NCBI GenBank assembly: GCA_964016885.1
Contig: OZ024743.1
Location: 184,450,001 to 184,514,000 of the forward strand
Length of the DNA stretch: 64,000 nt
Reading direction: 5' to 3'
Source: Eledone cirrhosa
Lineage: Eukaryota
Shown here one piece after another: positions 36,126 to 48,247 of this stretch. Position 1 is the stretch's first letter; each line of letters starts with the position of its first letter. The translations under genes and the position numbers were made by a program. The notes beneath the pieces are model-generated. The model was not told where the DNA came from. It did not search any database and saw only the letters and a program-made list of their open reading frames with translations.

Positions 36126-37599
36126 AAGATTAATATAACGCACAAGATACTCTTTTTAACCATAAAGGTAATTTATTATTACTCTAAAAATGTTATAACC
36201 TATTTTCTAATAAATCTAATTAACAATTATCCTGGTGTAGCGACATAGACAGTCACACAATTTCGCTAGCTAGCCTTGCTGAGATCGACACTAGTTGAGA
36301 AAATTTCCCAAAATAGGTTAGTTAAATATTATTACATTTGCACACATGACACTACAACTCTACATGCTTTTTACAAATAAAACATTAAAATTAGCGGTGT
36401 CTTGTTCATTTGTTTATGCTTATCCATGTGACATGGGAAAAATCATCTTCCTCATGGTAATGTCACTGCACACCACAAGCCTGTACAACTTCTTGTTTCC
36501 TTGAATATGGCATAGCTTCTCTCAACTCACCAGTATTTGACCAACAAGCTACCCACTCATCAACTTCGCACTTCACCTCTACCACCACAAATTAACAAAT
36601 CAACCAAGCTACCAACTCCTCAAAACTCATACCAACTACTGCTAAACAGGTAATTAATTTTACTCATCAGGGACGGATTATTAAAATGGACAACACATGA
36701 GTACATCACTGTGTGATGCAATTTGAAGGAGATCTGGCAACTATTTCTAGCAGGTTGAACTACCACCGCAGATAAATAATACGTAATTACACACGTATAT
36801 ATTCATTTATTCATAGTTGTATAAAAAGAAATATAATATATTGCTTACAGAACGAAAGCACAAACAAATATAAAATAAAGGAAAGGGGAAGGAAAAACAA
36901 AAAAGAAAGAAAACAAAACAAATACATAAGCAGGTAGCACACACATCCATGGACACATAGGAAATTTTACTTACTGTGTAATTTTTGTTAAATCATCCAT
37001 TGGTCTTAAACATATTTTTTGGTGTCACTAATAAAGATGTGAAAACGTATGTGTAGCTGTTAATACAATACACGTTACTCCAATATATCCAGTGCATGCA
37101 TCTCTGGGTTAACCATTAAGCAAAATAAGTGCATGCTTAGGGCCCCAAATAAACAGGGTCCTCAAAATAACCAAAAGGTTTCCATTTTTTGTAAGTCCTT
37201 CTTTTTAACGGGGGAGCCTCCAAGCTTAGGACCTCGCCAAGTTTCAATCCAACACTAAGTGTATGAGTATGTTTCTGCCTGGTTGATTTAGCATGGGAAT
37301 TTAGACATTTAAATGTCACTAACAAAAGTAAGTGTGAAAGCATGTGCGTGGCTATAATAATTACGTATTTTTGCCTGGTGTCACTAACGTGAGGAAGTGT
37401 GAGTGTAGCTTATGTTTACATTTTTGGGATAGTTTTTATTTGTCTTTTTTCTTTCTTTCTTTTTTTTTTTACTTTTACTCCATACTTATGATCAATGGTT
37501 TGTTATATACATCATGGTCTTACCTGATAAGGCTGAGATGTATCTTACTAACAACATAGAAGAAATACTTTTATTCACTGTTGTATAAAAAGGGATATA

Positions 37600-38110
37600 A
37601 TTATTGTGTCTACTTGTACTGCCAATCCACCGAGATATAATAATACAATGCTTACAGAACGAAAGCACAGACAAATATAATATAAAGGAAAGGGAAAGGG
37701 AAAACAAAAACGAAAAGAAAGAGATAAGAAATAAAAACACATATGGGACAACATACAACAAAAAGCGAGCGAAAGGGATAGACAACCGAGCTGCTACCAG
37801 AGTAAAAGATAACATTATCGCGAGGAGCACTGGGAAACCTCTAATTATTTTTGAGGCAAGCCATCACGCTTGCAACGTTACTTCGGGTGAAGGCGAGGCT
37901 GATGCACTGGAACAACCAAGCGCCCTCACGAGCTTCACTAGTTATCTATTTTAGGCGAGCCGCCAGTGAAGATAGGAATCTCGCAGTCAGTAGCCCGACT
38001 CCCCCAAACGTCTCGAACGCCACAGGCTGGAAGAAGGTAGTTAACCGACAGATCTTGGTATTTCAAAATGTTGTTCCGTTCGGCTATGAAGCTGTAGCTT
38101 TCGCCCTATA
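37600..38110 (-). mobile_element. CRE-clade element 3' end (RLE C-terminus + 3' UTR)
   Basis: Minus strand reads KYQDLSVNY.FQPVAFETFGGVG..ARFLSSLAARL..TSEAREGAWLFQCISLAFTRSNVASV. Part of the UTR recurs at 36842-36895. Confidence 0.75.
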
Positions 38111-38744
38111 TGCTGTATAGGACTTTTCCCCATCGGAAAATGGATGGGGGAGAGAAGGGACTTTTCATCCCATTTTGCGGCATGTTCGGAGTCAAGATTA
38201 GTTGATAGCACATAAAAAAAAAAAAACGAGGGAAAAAATAATAAAGACAACTCCGGGAGAGGGAGCTAAAAAGTCAGAGGGTCCCCACTCCCTTTTTTTT
38301 TCCTGGGAAAAGGTCCTTTACAACATGCTTGGAGGTAAGTTTAATTGATAGTACATGGGAAAAACGAAGAAAAATAATTATTTATTTGCCAAATTATTAT
38401 TATTATTTTTTTTTAAATAGATATTGAAAGCAGGGCAGTAGATGTGAAGTGGTGCAAAATTTCACCTGCCCTATCAAACCTACAAACTGAGATGGGGGCC
38501 ACGGAAGATGCTTTTATCATCCCTGGGAGCTGAGATAGATCACTTCCTACTCCAATGATCTAAGGGAAAACTATAAATATAAATGATATTTTAAAAGTAT
38601 GTCCCTTCTATAAATCGATCTTGAACACTTTTATCCTATCGATACAAACTGTGCACGAAACTACCAAAACTATCAGAATCCAGAATTCCATGAAAAAAAA
38701 CAAAGATAAATAACTTTTATATGTATATTTGAAATATGGGGTGC

Positions 38745-39303
38745 ACAGGACAATGACAATGGAAAAAAAACAACAGAAAGACGGATAGTCACATCTTCTC
38801 AGTCAACCTCTGGAAATCACTATGGTTTCAGTAATTTAAGGTTGATACCATTCATGCCAGCGTACATTGAGACATAACAAAACAGGTTGTGACATGTTAT
38901 GCCTTTAGGCAAATTACACAAATATAGAGTGTGCAAGGGCTTAGCCAAGGGAGAACGTATATAGAAAGGAGATAAATGGTGATACGGAAGAGAATGATAA
39001 GGATTGTAGTCCAATGTGCAGACAAAGAAAAAAGACACTGAGGCATATAAAATTTAAGAAGTGAGAATAAAGGAAAACAGACTGGGTGGTGTGATGTCTA
39101 TTATATAATAGTTTCAAAAAAGCTTGTATGACTAACTCTTTAGAATATATATACAAAACAGGAGGCACTCAGAACAAAGACAATGGAAAAAAACAACAGG
39201 AAGACAGACAATCCCATCTCCTCAGTCAACCTCTGGAAATTACTACAGTTGCTGTATATTAAGGTTGATACTATTCATTCCAGTGCAAATCGCGACATAA
39301 CAA
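38745..39303. repeat. Diverged ~135-bp direct repeat (38745-38880 and 39170-39303)
   Basis: GACAATGGAAAAAA..CAACAG..CTCAGTCAACCTCTGGAAAT..TAAGGTTGATAC..GACATAACAA in both copies. Confidence 0.85.
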
Positions 39304-39377
39304 GTGTGTGTGTGTAAAAAGAAAACAGAAACAACAAAGCAAACAACACAGTACAATGAAGAAATATATTAGTGTAA

Positions 39378-39598
39378 TCCTTTAGAATTTAAACTGGCGA
39401 TATCCGGCCAGCATTCTCTCACCTCTTTCTGTTCAAACCGGCCGTAACTGGCTGCTCATACTGATGTTAAGGTATTGTTCTCAACATAAATAATATGAAA
39501 ATCTCATAGATTCAATATTATGTCAGATAATTATGTGAGGTGAAGCATTTACCACGAAAATATAATAGTAAATATAGAGTAATGTAAATGCTAAAGGG
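39378..39598. mobile_element. piggyBac-like MITE
   Basis: Termini TAA-TCCTTTAGAATTTA ... TAAATGCTAAAGGG-TTAA (degenerate TIR, TTAA flank). Confidence 0.55.
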
Positions 39599-39614
39599 TT
39601 AAGACATATAATCT

Positions 39615-40310
39615 TCTTCGTCGTTTTTACATCTGCTTTTCCATGCTTAAATGGGTTGGATGGATCCTTCTCAACATCACTCCACTTGTCATGTTCCTTC
39701 ATCATCTCCTCTGTTAGACTTAGCGATTTGAGGTCAGCTCCCACAACCTCTGCCCAGGTCTTTCTTGGTTGTCCTCCACTGCGGCTTCTTTCCACTGGGA
39801 TTTCCCGGCATTTCTTCACCCATTGGTTATTGTCCAAGTGCATCACATGTCCATACCAACGCAGTCTTTTCTCCTGCACACCACCTCAGATTCCTCTTAA
39901 ACCCAGTTTCTCCCCCAGCTCGTTCAAGTTCTAACTTTCTCTCACATTTACATTGCACATCCAATGAAACATGCTTGCTTCATTTCTCTCCAGTCTACTA
40001 AGTGCACTAGCGTAATTTCTAACACATTTTCCCCCAACAACATCTCAATTCACACTAACACACAGCCTTGCAATACAGAACACTTCACATCTCTGATCCG
40101 CACGTCTTAAGACATTGGCAAATTTACTTTCTTCAGCCTGTCTCCAAGCTGAGTATACCTGTTTTCTTAGCTACTTGGTACTGGTGTCTGCTACCCTCAT
40201 TTTCCAGTCTTTCCATGCCTGTATCTTTACTTTAATGGCTGTATCTACTGTGTTGTTCCACTATCAAACCACCCACTGTCTGACTGACGCTTTACTCAAG
40301 CCGCAAGATG
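39615..40310 (-). mobile_element. RTE-clade LINE fragments (internally deleted)
   Basis: QEKRLRWYGHVM..WVKKC..GQPRKTW, plus an upstream WNNTVDTAIKVK segment and an RTE-type tail. Confidence 0.8.
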
Positions 40311-40436
40311 AGTATTGACGTACATGTACATCAATACTCATCTTTTTTCTATTTCTTAGAGAGTTCTAAACCACACTATCAGGCTAAAATTTCTTTAGTC
40401 AAAATATAATAAATAATATATAATATATATATAACG

Positions 40437-40600
40437 TCGTTGGTGTTAGGAAGGGCATCCAGCTGTAAAAACCCTAGCCAAATTTACACTCCCGTCGGAG
40501 CAAGGTATGACATGGCCAATTCTGGCCAGACTTGTCTCTTCGCGTGAACAAACCATCTAACCCATGCAAGCAGGGAAAATGGATGTTAAATGGTGATGAT
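40437..40600 (+). mobile_element. RTE-related 3' tail (SINE or LINE end)
   Basis: GGTGTTAGGAAGGGCATCCAGCTG...CCCATGCAAGCAGGGAAAATGGATGTTAAA-TGATGAT, recurring at 52070, 53240, 54230, 59030, 62280 and 62660. Confidence 0.75.
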
Positions 40601-40604
40601 ATAT

Positions 40605-41193
40605 CTTCTTAGTCCTAGATCCTTCCACGCCGTTCGGCGCATCAAGCAGTAAGTAGTCGTCAATGGTCATGATCAGCTGCGACTTTTTCGCGTCCAGGCC
40701 AAGTGATATTGGCTGCCCGGAACGTCTTTCCGGAGCGTTCGTCGCCAGGTGATCCAGGGGCAACCCCGCCTCTGTCTGCCGCCAGGTGGAGTCCAGTTCA
40801 TCGCTGTTTTCAAGTGTCGTTCATCGGGCAGGCGCAGAATATGGCCAGCCAGGCAGTACCGGCACTCTATAGCATCCACGACTCGGCTCTATGCAAGATT
40901 TCCTCGTTTTGCACTCGGTCACATCAGGACAAATAAAGGATCATTTGCAGGCACTGCTGGTGAAAAGCGTTCAGCTGTCTCTCTATCATTGCCGTGCTCT
41001 TCCAGGTTTCGCTCACGTAAAGTATTGTCGGTAACATGATGCTCTTGTACAGGCACAGCTTGTTCCTGGTGCTGATGCATGAAGATGACCAGACTGGGCG
41101 CATCCGCTGGAAAACTGCAGCTGCTTTGCTGATCCGATCCAACAGTTGATGTCGAGCTCTGCGTCCCCATTGCTTGCCAGGATGCTCGCCAGA
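40605..41193 (-). mobile_element. RTE (BovB-like) LINE 3' fragment, different family
   Basis: YLASIL..GDAELDI, KAAAVFQRM..VWSS, LPTILYVSETW, LAGHILRLPDERH.KTAMNWTPPGGRQRRG.P..TWRRT. Confidence 0.82.
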
Positions 41194-41221
41194 TATGTAT
41201 ATATATATATATATATATATA

Positions 41222-42180
41222 TTGTTATACTTTGGGAAGGTCTTGCTGCCAATAAAAACACATACTCCTGTTGGTTTTCACGTCAATTTAATATAAATTT
41301 CCAGTTGGTTAGTGTAATAACCAGATGGTTGTTTATTTGTTTATTGTCAGAGCTCTTTCGTCACACATCTGTAACCTCCTCAGTGACTAATTTGTTATTT
41401 TGTGTCCTCCCATTTGTTCTGTCCTACACCATCTTGTTTTGTGAGCTGTGAACTTGGCTTGCGCATGCGTTATATCCAGGTGTGTGTGTGTTTATTTATG
41501 TTTATTTACTTGTCACTAGTTGGTTGCTTGTTCTGTTTGTGTGCTTGGTTTGTTTTATTAATTTTGTTCTTATGTGTCTTTGTATGTCTTTATCTTGTCC
41601 TTAATTACTAGTTGTGATGTTGTTGCAATCCCACTCATGTTTTCAGTTTAGTTTTGATTGGAGTTTGTTTATGTTTGTCGCTTCTGTAATCTGTCGGAGC
41701 ATTGCGTCTTTTCTGTGTGTGGATATGATCTTTATCTCTATGCTCTCCAGTAGTCCTCCATGTTCCGCTTTGGCATGTTGGTGGAGTACTTATGAGTTCT
41801 TCCCATATTGTAGTTCTCGCCAGTGTTCTTTTATCCTTTCTTCTATGTTATGGGCTCTCTCACCTGTGTAAGTTGTGTTCCTATTTCTACCCTATCCCTC
41901 TGTACTTATTATGCGATATACTATGTTCCTAGTTTTGCAATTAATTTGTTGGCTTAATTTGCAGTCTATACATTTTCTATCAGTGCAGAGTCTTTCTTTT
42001 TTTTTCAAAAGGATATGTTCTACTAATTAGGGCTTTTATGGGAATACCTATTTTTTCAACTATCTTTATATTTAATTTTAGTTTGTCTAGAGCCCTTCTA
42101 AATCTATAAGCTAGTTTGCCTCTGGGGATTGCATTGATGAACCTTACACTCTGGTATTTATTCCTGTCTTACTATAAGGA
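41222..42180 (-). mobile_element. Penelope-like element 3' fragment (GIY-YIG endonuclease + 3' pLTR)
   Basis: Minus strand reads INCKTRNIVYRII...YTGE..NIEERIKEH...LHQHAKAEH...RQITEA.NI...LN.KHEW, with a hammerhead motif in the downstream UTR. Confidence 0.78.
41346..41387 (-). ncRNA. Minimal type I hammerhead ribozyme motif in the Penelope 3' region
   Basis: gtca CTGAGGA g-gttaca gatg tgtgac GAAA gagc TC tgac. Confidence 0.68.
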
Positions 42181-42256
42181 GCTGGACATATCGATATATT
42201 GACGGAGTAAACACACTTCAACAACATGTGTACCTATCTTTTCCACACCAATCGGA

Positions 42257-42309
42257 CTGCCTGAAGAGCTCACAGCCAATGATGGCTGTCACCGAAATAT
42301 ATATAGCAG
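42257..42309 (+). ncRNA. Type I hammerhead ribozyme motif with palindromic stem III
   Basis: ctgc CTGAAGA gctc-acagcca atga tggctgt-cacc GAAA tatata TA gcag. Confidence 0.68.
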
Positions 42310-42323
42310 TAATTTTTAATCTA

Positions 42324-43380
42324 TCTATATATATAAAACTGAGGATGTCTGTGTGTGCGTGTGTGAGTTTGAATCCCTAAAACTCGAGAAGCACCCAACC
42401 GACTGTTTTCAAACTTTACACATGTAATACTTATGTTTCAGGGAGTGTTCTGAGCAAAAAACATTTCAAATTTTCAATGCGTTAGGGACTGCATTAGCGA
42501 TCTCTCTCTATAATTCTTAATCTTTCTCTTTTTAGATAGATACATACATATAACGTCGCGCCTTTATAATATCTGTCTGTATGTCTGGCTGTCTGCATTA
42601 CGTCACTTCCCACAATTCCGTTATATATTTAATACAACACTAAAAATGAAAGCCAGTAACTATGTATTAGTCAGTCTCTTCTTCATACCGTGAGCAAAGA
42701 AAATACAACTTTTAGTGGAGCGAGTGAAATAAAGTCGATTCTGCTGCAATTCAAAAATCAGGTTTGCAGGTTATATATTTCACACAACACTAAAAATTAA
42801 AGCCGGTAGAGAAAAACATCGCTATAATAGCTTCAGTTTTCACAGTGTTGCTTACTTACGTGCCTTTACGAGAACAAAAGTTACTCAGGGAGTGTTATGT
42901 ACATAAATAATTCGACTTTTTGATCCCCTAGGTGAAAAACTGCGTTTTCTTTTCAGCTTTTTAGGGGCATTTTGAGGCCGATTTTCTTGAAATTGTAACT
43001 ATGTATTAGTCAGTCTCTTCTTCATACCGTGAGCAAAGAAAATCCAACTTTTTTTATGGCCTAGGAACCGCATTAGATGAAAAACTTCATTATTTCAGCT
43101 TTTTAGGGCTTTTTTTAGGCGTTACGTCTAGCCGATTTTCACGAAATTTCAAGGTACATAAAACAAATTCATTTTCTTGATGCCTTAGGTTCCGCATTAG
43201 GTGAAAACCTGCATTTTTCCTGCTTCATCGAGGAAAATCTTAAAGATTATCCAGCCATCAGAGTATTAAGTTTATTTTCTTTACATATTGTCGAGGCATG
43301 CAGTTTTTCCACGATTATGTCTGTAGGCGGCCCACGTTCCAAAATACCTTATCCCGTGCAACGCCGGGTACCACTGCTAG
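42324..43380 (+). mobile_element. Non-autonomous Helitron (family H2)
   Basis: 5' TCTATATATATAAAACTGAGG; 3' CCCGTGCAACGCCGGG hairpin + CTAG|T; internal subrepeats. Confidence 0.85.
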
Positions 43381-43480
43381 TTTATAATAAACGAAGCTAA
43401 ATTTTACATTTTTGACATAATTATTTTATAATATAATATATATATATATATAATATAATATATATATAAATATAATATAA

Positions 43481-44178
43481 TATATAAGAAAGTAAGTCCA
43501 TAGAATCATTTGATAAAATATATACAGTATTTCTTCTCCCAATCAGCATAATCAACCACATAAAAAAATCAATTAAACGAGGCTATAAGTTTAAAATGTA
43601 CCTATGAAGAAACAATAGATAAATAAATGATAGCTATTTTATCCGTGATCCCCAGCCACAGAAGATTTACCTAGTATTTCTAATAGCCCGTAGAAACTGA
43701 CTAGACATATAGTCAACTATACACAATTAGGTACAAAATCAAAGTTAGAAGAAAAAATGTACATAAACATACCAAAATCATGTTTCTACCCTGGAGGTTT
43801 CATTCGCTTTTTGGAAATATCCGATCATGGATAAATCAACGAGTTTCGAAATCATCAGGAAACAAACTCAATTGGACAAAGATTTTTCTTAAATGATCTC
43901 CGCCAGAAACGAATTCAAAATGGCTAAGAATTGTCACATGTACCTTAACTATATGTATAGTCGTTTTCTACGGGCTATTAGAAATACTGGGTAAATCTTC
44001 TGTGGCTGTGGATCGCGGATAAAATAGCTATCATTTATTTATCTATTGTTTCTTCATAGGTACATTTTAAACTTATAGCCTCGCTTAATTGATTTTTATG
44101 TGGTTGATTATGCTGATTGGGAGAAGAAATACTGTATATATTTTATCAAATGATTCTATGGACTTACTTTCTTATATA
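43481..44178. repeat. Foldback: ~235-bp inverted arms (43481-43717, 43945-44178) around a ~230-bp spacer
   Basis: Arms are near-perfect reverse complements. The spacer carries CTGATGAtttcGAAAC on the minus strand. Confidence 0.92.
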
Positions 44179-44332
44179 TTGCTCTGATTGTTGATTATTT
44201 AATTAATTAATTCGTCATTGAGCCACACCGTGAATGGTTGCCAAAAACATATATATATACCTATGGCTCTGTCTAGTTTATGTATATGTAAACCTCTATA
44301 TTTTAATATAATATATATATATATAATATAAT

Positions 44333-44750
44333 ATAATACAATATGTTGAAAAGGTAACACACTAGAGAGAGAGATAGTGCGCCATCAATCAAACAGGGAA
44401 AAACCACCAGTGTATGGAATCTATAACCCATGGAAGGCAGAGTAGACACACGATAATTAAAAGTATAAATTAAAGTGTAAATACATACCTCGATAACTAT
44501 CTAACACACACGTACAAATCCTAAGAGATCTCTTTCGCCAATAAGTTGTTGACAGAAATGAATAGCCCATGGTTCGTCAGCGATTGATGGCGCATAATCT
44601 CTCTCTCTGGTGTGTTACCTTTTCTACATATTGTATTATAAAGAGCTCGGGATTCCTTCTCCTTTGAGCACATTACTGACAGGGAATAGCGAGAGTCTAT
44701 GGCTCCGTTAATTTATCGTGATATTTCGCTCCTTATAACAGTCTTTCCTC

Positions 44751-44805
<55 letters not shown>

Positions 44806-45308
44806 GGTTGAGCACACTTCTCTGAGTGGTTTGGGCTGCCCTTTCTAGCAGCTCGTCCCTCAGAGGCCACTGGTTACTGCCCTAGGCCACTGTGACTTCT
44901 CCCTCCCACGTGTGGCTGGACCGTCGCTTTAGATTCTCTTAGAGTTGTCTGAAATGTATATCCTTACACACGCTGACGAACCATGGGCTATTCATTTCTG
45001 TCAACAACTTATTGGCGAAACAGAGCTCTTTGGATTTGTACGTGTGTGTTATATAGTTATCGAGATATGTATTTACACTTTAATTTATACTTTTAATTAT
45101 CGTGTGTCTACTCTGCCTTCCATGGGTTATAGATTCCATACACTGGTGGTTTTTCCCTGTTTGATTGATGGCGCACTATCTCTCTCTCTCTCTGGTGTGT
45201 TACCTTTTCAACATATTGTATTATAAAGAGCTCGGGATTCCTTCTCCTTTGAGCACATTACTAACTGGGAATAGCGAGAGTCTGTGGCTCCGTTAATTTA
45301 TCGTGATA
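44333..45308 (+). mobile_element. Hammerhead-bearing non-coding repeat (family R2): inverted 5' piece plus ~1.25-mer tandem of a ~580-bp unit
   Basis: 44333-44582 is the reverse complement of 44971-45222. 44583-44722 is repeated at 45164-45308. Confidence 0.8.
44966..45047 (+). ncRNA. Type I hammerhead-like motif
   Basis: acacacg CTGACGA acca...tggc GAAA c...g TA cgtgtgt. Stem I is 7 bp and the base of stem II is an A-C mismatch. Confidence 0.6.
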
Positions 45309-45337
45309 TAATATAATATATATATATATCTATAATA

Positions 45338-46857
45338 CTAGCAGTGGTACCCGGCGTTGCACGGGATAAGGTATTTTGGAAAGCGGGCCGCCAACAGACC
45401 TAATCGTGGAAAAACTGCATGCCTCGACAATATGTAAAGAAAATAAACTGAATACTCTGGTGGCTGGATAATCTTTAAGATTTTCCTCGATGAAGCAGGA
45501 AAATTGCAGGTTTTCACTTAATGCGGACCCTAGGGCATCAAGATAATGAATTTTTTTTTATGTGCATAATAACCCTTGAAATTTCGGGAAAATCAGCTAG
45601 ACGTAACGCCTAAAAAAAGCCCTAAAAAGCTGAAAAAATAAAGTTTTTTGCTTAATGCGGGCCCTAGGCCGTAAAAAAGTTAGATTTTCTTTGCTCACGG
45701 TATGAAGAAGAGACTGACTAATACATAGTTACAATTTCAAGGAAATCGGTCTGACGTAACGCCTCAAAATACCCCTAAAAAGCTGAAAAACGCAGTTTTT
45801 CACCTAATGTAGGGGATCAAAAAGTTGGATTTTTTATGTACATAACTGCCTGAAACATAACGCGGGCCGCCAACAGACCCAATCGTGGAAAAACTGCATG
45901 CCTGGACAATATGTAAAGAAAATAAACCGAATGCTCTGATGCAATTAGTATTAGGTATGTTTCTCCTTCCACGTGTAGAAAATCGGCTTGATGCTTTTGT
46001 ACTTTAATAAAGTGGCATGAGTCAGCAGGACAGATGTCACCACTTATGTCAGAGGGAAGTCTGCAATGATTGAGCAAGGCATGATGTGCAATCGGACAGC
46101 ATGTGGAGCCTTCTCGAAGGAGTCCACCGCATCTTAGTAAGTAAACGCAACTGGACAGACGTTTACCAAACTGGGTATAATTTAACAAATTTAAAGAGGA
46201 ATGGTGCAATAAAATGGGCCCCTAGGCGTGTGCGCGTTCACTGGCAGCCCTAAACGAAAGGGTCGCCATCAGCTATTTCAAGGGCCTTTAAAAGGGCCGT
46301 GTAAGCCGTTCACTGACACCCTAGTAAGGAAGGGTAACCATCACAATTTCAAGTGGTGGCCCTAAAAGAAGGCCATGAGAGCGTTGACTTGTAGCCCTTA
46401 ATAGTGACTTTGACTGCGTTCTCTGACATTTGAAGGGGGTTGTTACGGTTGCTTCCACTGGTAGCCTTTAGAATGAATCAGAATGCGTTCACGGTCCGAT
46501 TAACAGCCAAACATACAGACAGATATTATAAGGGCGCGTTCTGGACGCAGATGGAATTGTGGGAAGTGACGTAATGCAGACAGCCAGACATACAGACAGA
46601 TATTATATGGGCGCGACGTTATATGTATGTATCTATCTAAAAAGAGAAAGACTAAGAATTATAGAGAGAGATCGCTAAATCGCCTAATGCGGTCCCTAGA
46701 GCATTGAAAATTTGAAATATTTTGGCTCAGACCACTCCCTGAACCATAAGTATTACATGTGTAAAGTTTGAAAACAGTCGGTTGGGTGCTTCTCGAGTTT
46801 TAGGGATTCAAACTCACACACACATAGACAGACATCCTCAGTTTTATATATATATAT
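45338..46857 (-). mobile_element. Non-autonomous Helitron (family H2), longer copy, inverted relative to 42324-43380
   Basis: CTAGCAGTGGTACCCGGCGTTGCACGGG at 45338; 5' end homologous to 42324-42620; extra interior sequence at 45945-46490. Confidence 0.85.
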
Positions 46858-46869
46858 AATATATATACA

Positions 46870-48247
46870 TATATAATTAGATGAGAAGCAGTTTGGTTTT
46901 GTGCCCCGGAAAAGATGCCCTCTTCTTAGTGAGGCAACTACAAGAGAAGTTCTTAGAGAAGAATAAGCCACTATACTTAGCTTTTATTGACCTAGAGAAG
47001 GCCTTTGATAGGGTACCCTGATCTGTCATCTGGTGGTCCCTAAGGAAACTAGGTGTAGAGGAATGGCTTGTGAGGACAGTGCAAGCTATGTACAGGGGTG
47101 CTGTCAGTAAAGTCAGGGTAGGAATGGAGTTTAGTGAGGAATTCCAGATACAAGTAGGAGTACATCAGGGTTCTGTCAGCAGCCCGCTCTTGTTCATTAT
47201 AGTCCTCCAACCCATAACAGAGGAGTTTAAGACTGGCTGCCCATGGGAACTTCTCTATGCTGATGATCTGGTTCTTATAGCAGAATCGGTAGAGGAGCTA
47301 GAGAATAAATTCTGGCTATGGAAACAGCAGTTGGAATCAAGAGGTCTGAGAGTGAACATAGCTAAGACAAAAGTGTTGATACGTAGAAAAGAGGACAATA
47401 CTCTGATTCCGTCAGGGAAATGGCCATGTTCGATATGTAGGAAAGGAACTGGCATAAATTCCATAAAGTGTACGCAATGCAGATCTTCGGGTACACAAGA
47501 GATGTAGTGGGATAGCAGGCAAACTAACAGGTAGGGAGAAATATGTATGCAGATGTACAGGGAAAGTTGGCAGTAGTAATCGCAGTGATAGACACATTTT
47601 TCCAATACAGGTGAGTTCTATAGAAGTGGTTGATAGCTTCCGGTACCTAAGTGATCAGATTAGCATGGGAGTGGGGGGGGGGGGGGTCGAGGCCATAGTA
47701 TCTAGAATAAGGACGGGTTGGGAGAAGTTTAGAGAGCTGCTTCCTCTGTTGACAAAGAAGGGTTTTTCCCTGCATACGAAAGGACGGTTATATGATGCCT
47801 GTGTGAGATGCGAAATGCTGCATGGTAGTGAGACATGGGCAGCAACTGCAGAGGATATGCGACGGCTGGAGAGAGATGAAGCAAGTATGCTCTACTGGAT
47901 GTGCAATGTCAATGTGCGTGAACGACCAAGCATAGACGAGTTGAGAATGAAACTGGGTATAAGAGGGATAAGTTGTGGTGTGCAGGAGAGAAGACTGAGA
48001 TGGTATGGACATGTGATGCACATGGAGGATGACCGCTGAGTAAAGAAGTGCCAAGAAATCCCAGTAGAAGGAAGACGTAGTAGAAATAGACCACGAAAAA
48101 CATGGGCAGAGGTGATGAGAGCAGACCTCAGATCGCTGAAACTCACCGAGGAGATGACGAAGGACCGTGACAAGTGGAGAGATGCTGTGCTGAATAGGAC
48201 CCGTACAACCCTTGCAAGCAGGGAAAAGCGGACGTAAAATGATGATG

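Noticed and set aside
36400-36525. Possible Harbinger transposase or host exon remnant on minus
   Set aside because: Stop codons and only vague similarity, with no convincing splice context
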